DNA of 40,268 nucleotides from Thermodesulfobacteriota bacterium (GTDB lineage Bacteria; Desulfobacterota; Syntrophia; Syntrophales; JADFWA01): NCBI GenBank assembly GCA_034658835.1, contig JAYEGA010000073.1, positions 1 to 40,268 of the forward strand, read 5' to 3'. Shown piece by piece: positions 37,336 to 40,268 of this stretch (position 1 is its first letter; each line of letters starts with the position of its first letter). The notes under the pieces were generated by a model. It saw only the letters and a program-made list of their open reading frames with translations, ran no database searches and was not told where the DNA came from. The position numbers and the translations under genes were made by a program.

Positions 37336-37775
37336 GATTTTGCCTCCATTGTGTGTTCTTCTGTCGAGGGCTCGGCCTGCACCTTCACCATTTCCAGGCA
37401 ATCGTGAGGGCAGAAGGGTACGCAGAGGCCGCAGTGGATGCACACAAAAGGCTCGCCCGTTGGGTCGAGATAAATAGCGTCCACAGGACATACCCTGGCA
37501 CATTCGCCACAACGGATGCACAGATTCTTCTTGACCATGACTCCGCCCCCCTTCCGCTGTGAAAAGGCGCCGGTTGGGCACACCGTTGCACAGGGGGCCG
37601 GATTGCAGGCTAAACAGACCCTGGCCTCAAACCCTGTTGATAGCCCGCCGGAAGAGACAATGCGGATACCCGCCGTGTCCCAGGACAAATGCTTGTGTAC
37701 AAGCCTCGCACAGGCCAGTGAGCAGGAGTGACAGCCAATGCACCGTTCCATTCGGGGAGTAGTTAAATTATTCAT
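37332..37775 (-). CDS. 4Fe-4S dicluster/polyferredoxin-type electron-transfer protein
   Basis: 147 aa. Cys motifs present: CIGCHSCSLAC, CLACNPAPCATVCP, CIRCGECARVCP, CIHCGLCVPFCP. It is translationally coupled to the AOR gene. Confidence 0.9.
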   Translation of the reverse strand: MNNLTTPRMERCIGCHSCSLACARLVHKHLSWDTAGIRIVSSGGLSTGFEARVCLACNPAPCATVCPTGAFSQRKGGGVMVKKNLCIRCGECARVCPVDAIYLDPTGEPFVCIHCGLCVPFCPHDCLEMVKVQAEPSTEEHTMEAKS

Positions 37776-37927
37776 ACAATGCTCCTTATGTATTGGGAGT
37801 TATACTATATTCTGCCATAAAGGGCGTCTTTTAGCGAGTTAATTGTTCTTTGGATAAATAATATTGACCAAATAGTGTGTCAAGGATGCAGATTCGCATC
37901 CGTAGGGGGGAAGGGAGACAAGGATCG

Positions 37928-38980
37928 TTATACAACCCGGATTTTCCCTTTCGGTTCTGAGACTACCTCACCAACGATAGCTGCTGCTTCTATGCCCTCG
38001 TCATGCATTCTTTTCAACAGACCTTCTGCCTGCTGTGATGGTAAGGAAAATAATAAGCCACCGGCAGTTTGAGGATCAAAGAGGATATCTACCATCCAGT
38101 CAGGACAGTCGGAACCCACTTCTATCATGTGTGTACGAAACTCCCTGTTTCGGTGCAATCCTCCGGGTACCATTCCCATCTCTACCAGCTCCTGGATCTC
38201 TTGAAAGTAAGGAACGGAGGAGGAATATATAAGCATGCCCACGTCACTTCCTTCTATCATTTCGCAGGCATGACCGAGAAAACCGAAGCCGGTTACATCC
38301 GTGCACGCGTGAATATCCGGAAACTCCGTCATCAACTCCGCCGCCCTTTTGTTCAGAGTGAGCATGCATTCTATTGATTTGGCTACCAGATCATCATCGG
38401 CCATCTCTCCCTTCAGTGCTGTATTGATAATCCCTGTTCCCAGAGGCTTGGTCAGGATAAGTTTATCACCAACCCTGGCTCCCCTGTTGAACAGCACCTT
38501 ATCAGGATGGATGATTCCGGTAACAGATAGCCCATACTTCAGCTCATCATCTTCAACGCTGTGTCCACCGACTAGAACTACTTCTGCTTCTCGCATCTTG
38601 TCTAGACCGCCGAGAAGAATCTGCTGGAGTACCCCAATATCCATCTTGTTTATGGGAAAACAGATTATGTTCATGGCTGTAATCGGCTTTCCCCCCATTG
38701 CATAGACATCGGATAGAGAGTTTACCGCGGCAACCTGGCCGAAGGTATAGGGATCGTCAACGATAGGAGTGAAGAAATCGAGTGTTTGGATGATGGCCAG
38801 ATCGTCACTCAACTTATAAACACCGGCATCGTCGGCGTTTTCTATACCTGCAATCAGGTTTGGATCTGACTGGAGCGGCAGCCCGCGCAAAGCTCTGTTA
38901 AGGTCACCCGGACCTATCTTGCAGGCTCATCCGGCACCATGTGTTGTCTCTGTGAGACGTATTTTTGTCTTGTCATCCAT
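37928..38980 (-). CDS. selD: selenide, water dikinase SelD, selenocysteine-containing (in-frame UGA at 38929-38927)
   Basis: Reading the minus strand from the ATG at 38980-38978 gives MDDKTKIRLTETTHGAG-TGA-ACKIGPGDLNRALRGLPLQ.. This is in frame with the track ORF that starts at 38890. GAGU/CxCKIGP is the SelD active-site loop, where Sec or Cys occurs. Confidence 0.88.
38901..38915 (-). promoter_or_regulatory. candidate bacterial SECIS hairpin for the selD UGA
   Basis: The mRNA reads UGA-GCCUGCAAGAU-AGGUC-CGGGU-GACCU. This is a 5-bp stem with a GGU-containing apical loop starting 11 nt after the UGA. The stem is short, so the call is tentative. Confidence 0.45.
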
Positions 38981-38995
38981 TTGATTTGTCCTTAT

Positions 38996-39220
38996 TTATT
39001 GACTTTCCGGAGGGATCAGCAACATTTGATACTCATCCCCGGCTACTTCCTCTGTCTGGACGTAATACTTTCTGCTCTGTGCAAGCCTCGACACATTTTC
39101 CTTGGAAACAGCGGTTTCTACAAGAACTGTTATTTGTTCATTCGGGTTTTTCTCAATAGCCTTTTTTGTCCTCACCACAGGTATAGGGCAACCTAAACCC
39201 CGCACATCGACTTCAACCAT
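38996..39220 (-). CDS. TusA/SirA-like sulfur/selenium-carrier protein (YedF-like)
   Basis: 74 aa. VDVRGLGCPIPVVRTKKAI carries the CPxP active-site motif. It lies immediately upstream of selD. Confidence 0.8.
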   Translation of the reverse strand: MVEVDVRGLGCPIPVVRTKKAIEKNPNEQITVLVETAVSKENVSRLAQSRKYYVQTEEVAGDEYQMLLIPPESQ

Positions 39221-39262
39221 TATATATTACCTCCCTGTTTGTCAAAACTTTAAACTCGAAAC

Positions 39263-40144
39263 TTAAACCATACAGACCCCGCTCCACTCGCATAAATGAT
39301 CCTTGAACACCGCCGGTAGCTGGGAAATAATTTCTGGAATCCTCGTGGCCGGTGTGGCCTGAGCATATTTTCCCGCCATACGATTTGCCCTTGCTGCAAT
39401 GATCGCTGCCTCATGTAATTCCAGCTCGGCATAGGTGAAAGCGGAAACCATACCCGTAATAGTATCGCCCGTCCCTCCTATGGCCTCGAGCTCGGGTAGA
39501 TCCGGTTCAACAATGGTATCTAAAATCTCTCCATTCTTAACTACGTAATCAATTGCCCCTTTAATGAGCAACAACCTGGCGGCGCTTTTATTTCGATAGG
39601 CATCGGTAATTAATTCGACAGCCTGTGTTATATCAGTGTCAAATAGGTGCCTGCCGATATAAGCGGGGTGTGTGGCATCCGGATCAGCTAAAAAAGCCAT
39701 CTCGCAGGAATCCGGCGTGAAGATGTCAAATTTCGCCGCCAATCCTGCCGCCTTTGCCGCATACATCGAAGAAGCATCCGCAATCATAATCGGTTTTTTA
39801 GGACATTTTTCTACAGCCCCACACAACCGTTTCATCAATTCCATAACGGGAAGACAATAATGCAAAACCAACACAGACGGTGAGATTGCGGAGATATTTT
39901 TTATTAAATAATCATAAAGTAATCTGCTTCCTTTTCCTTCACCATTGTCGCCGACAATAAGCGCCTGGGGTGGGGTAATGTTCAGGTGTTCGGTGGTAGC
40001 CAGTGCGGCGCTGATTAAGGCGACAGTGCCCTGAGTACAGGGGATCTCCAGATCATTTATGATCAATGATTCCTCTTTAGTTTTAACCTCTCCCAGCGTC
40101 AGTGGGAAGTCCTTTATCGGAACTGTTCCACAAATAAGCATCAT
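39263..40144 (-). CDS. ribokinase-superfamily protein, YjeF C-terminal/NAD(P)HX-dehydratase-like
   Basis: AIGGTGDTITGMVSAF..AAIIAARANRMAG resembles the GGSGDVLTG..lhg.AG anion-hole region of YjeF-C/ThiM-like kinases. I take the start at the ATG-ATG at 40144. The track start at 40189 is a TTG. Confidence 0.55.
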   Translation of the reverse strand: MMLICGTVPIKDFPLTLGEVKTKEESLIINDLEIPCTQGTVALISAALATTEHLNITPPQALIVGDNGEGKGSRLLYDYLIKNISAISPSVLVLHYCLPVMELMKRLCGAVEKCPKKPIMIADASSMYAAKAAGLAAKFDIFTPDSCEMAFLADPDATHPAYIGRHLFDTDITQAVELITDAYRNKSAARLLLIKGAIDYVVKNGEILDTIVEPDLPELEAIGGTGDTITGMVSAFTYAELELHEAAIIAARANRMAGKYAQATPATRIPEIISQLPAVFKDHLCEWSGVCMV

Positions 40145-40268
40145 CTTGTTTTTCCTTTGCTTCCTTCCAGAGATCCAGACATTCAACAAAAGCCCTATCC
40201 ATCATCAGAGCACATAAGGTGAAGCCGATCTCTTTCGGTCTTGGCGCATCTGTTAGTTTTTTATTGAT
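40083..40268 (-). CDS. 3' end of an unidentified ORF entering from the right edge (INKKLTDAPRPKEIGFTLCALMMDRAF..)
   Basis: This is the only open minus-strand frame from base 40268 down to the TAA at 40085-40083. It would overlap the next gene start by about 60 nt, so the true end or the reality of the ORF is uncertain. Confidence 0.25.
   Translation of the reverse strand: MNKKLTDAPRPKEIGFTLCALMMDRAFVECLDLWKEAKEKQDDAYLWNSSDKGLPTDAGRG

Noticed and set aside
37336-37581. 82-codon N-terminal extension of the AOR ORF (MPNRRLFTAEGG..)
   Set aside because: It lies entirely inside the ferredoxin gene in another frame and is Arg/Pro/Gly-rich, as expected for an out-of-frame read of G+C-rich DNA. The ATG at 37335 gives a canonical AOR N-terminus with an ATGA stop/start overlap.
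37875-37927. Hairpin GGATGC-AGATTC-GCATCC (about 37885-37902) as the selD terminator
   Set aside because: It has only a 6-bp stem with no U-run on the minus-strand transcript. That is too weak to call.

Overview
This is a 40.3-kb bacterial chromosomal window. Spot counts of 60-nt lines give about 40% G+C. TTG and GTG starts are frequent. The b/b' ATP-synthase stalk, a selenocysteine-encoding selD and an AOR-type oxidoreductase suggest an anaerobe, perhaps Desulfobacterota- or Nitrospirota-like, but that placement is low confidence.

Most of the window is housekeeping synteny:
- atpF'-F-H-A-G-D-C on the minus strand, without atpB/atpE
- tpiA-secG-tRNA-Leu(GAG)
- a tandem tRNA pair, a GGDEF cyclase and gltX
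- yceD-rpmF-fabD-fabG-acpP-fabF
- rpiB and glyA
- dCMP deaminase-nrdR-ribE-ribBA-ribH-nusB
- trkA-trkH
- leuS-lptE and rpsT
- a G+C-rich AOR plus polyferredoxin pair
- a selenium locus: selD with an in-frame UGA, a TusA/YedF-like gene and a YjeF-C-like gene

The standout is a roughly 7-kb, ten-gene, translationally coupled island at about 24.9-32.0 kb, between trkH and leuS. It reads as an uncharacterised radical-SAM RiPP pathway. Its genes, in order, are:
- a PqqD-like RRE
- an 81-aa cysteine-free Q/S/T/V-rich candidate precursor with a YxKPxI leader motif
- two paralogous radical-SAM enzymes with abbreviated twitch/SPASM-like tails
- an HprK-like kinase
- an anchor-less ER-type signal-peptidase-like protease
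- a protein with an RR motif at the N-terminus and an AbrB-type domain at the C-terminus
- a second PqqD
- a MidA-like methyltransferase with an N-terminal extension
- a PF14907-type nucleotidyltransferase

No lasso cyclase, LanB/C, YcaO or exporter is present.

Other points worth a second look:
- two adjacent tRNAs that both read CUC, one on a Gln-type scaffold
- hairpin-rich intergenic repeats flanking rpiB that share a TTTTTACGAR module
- a perfect 42-bp palindrome abutting the trkA ribosome-binding site

All calls come from reading the translations and sequence by eye. No searches were run.
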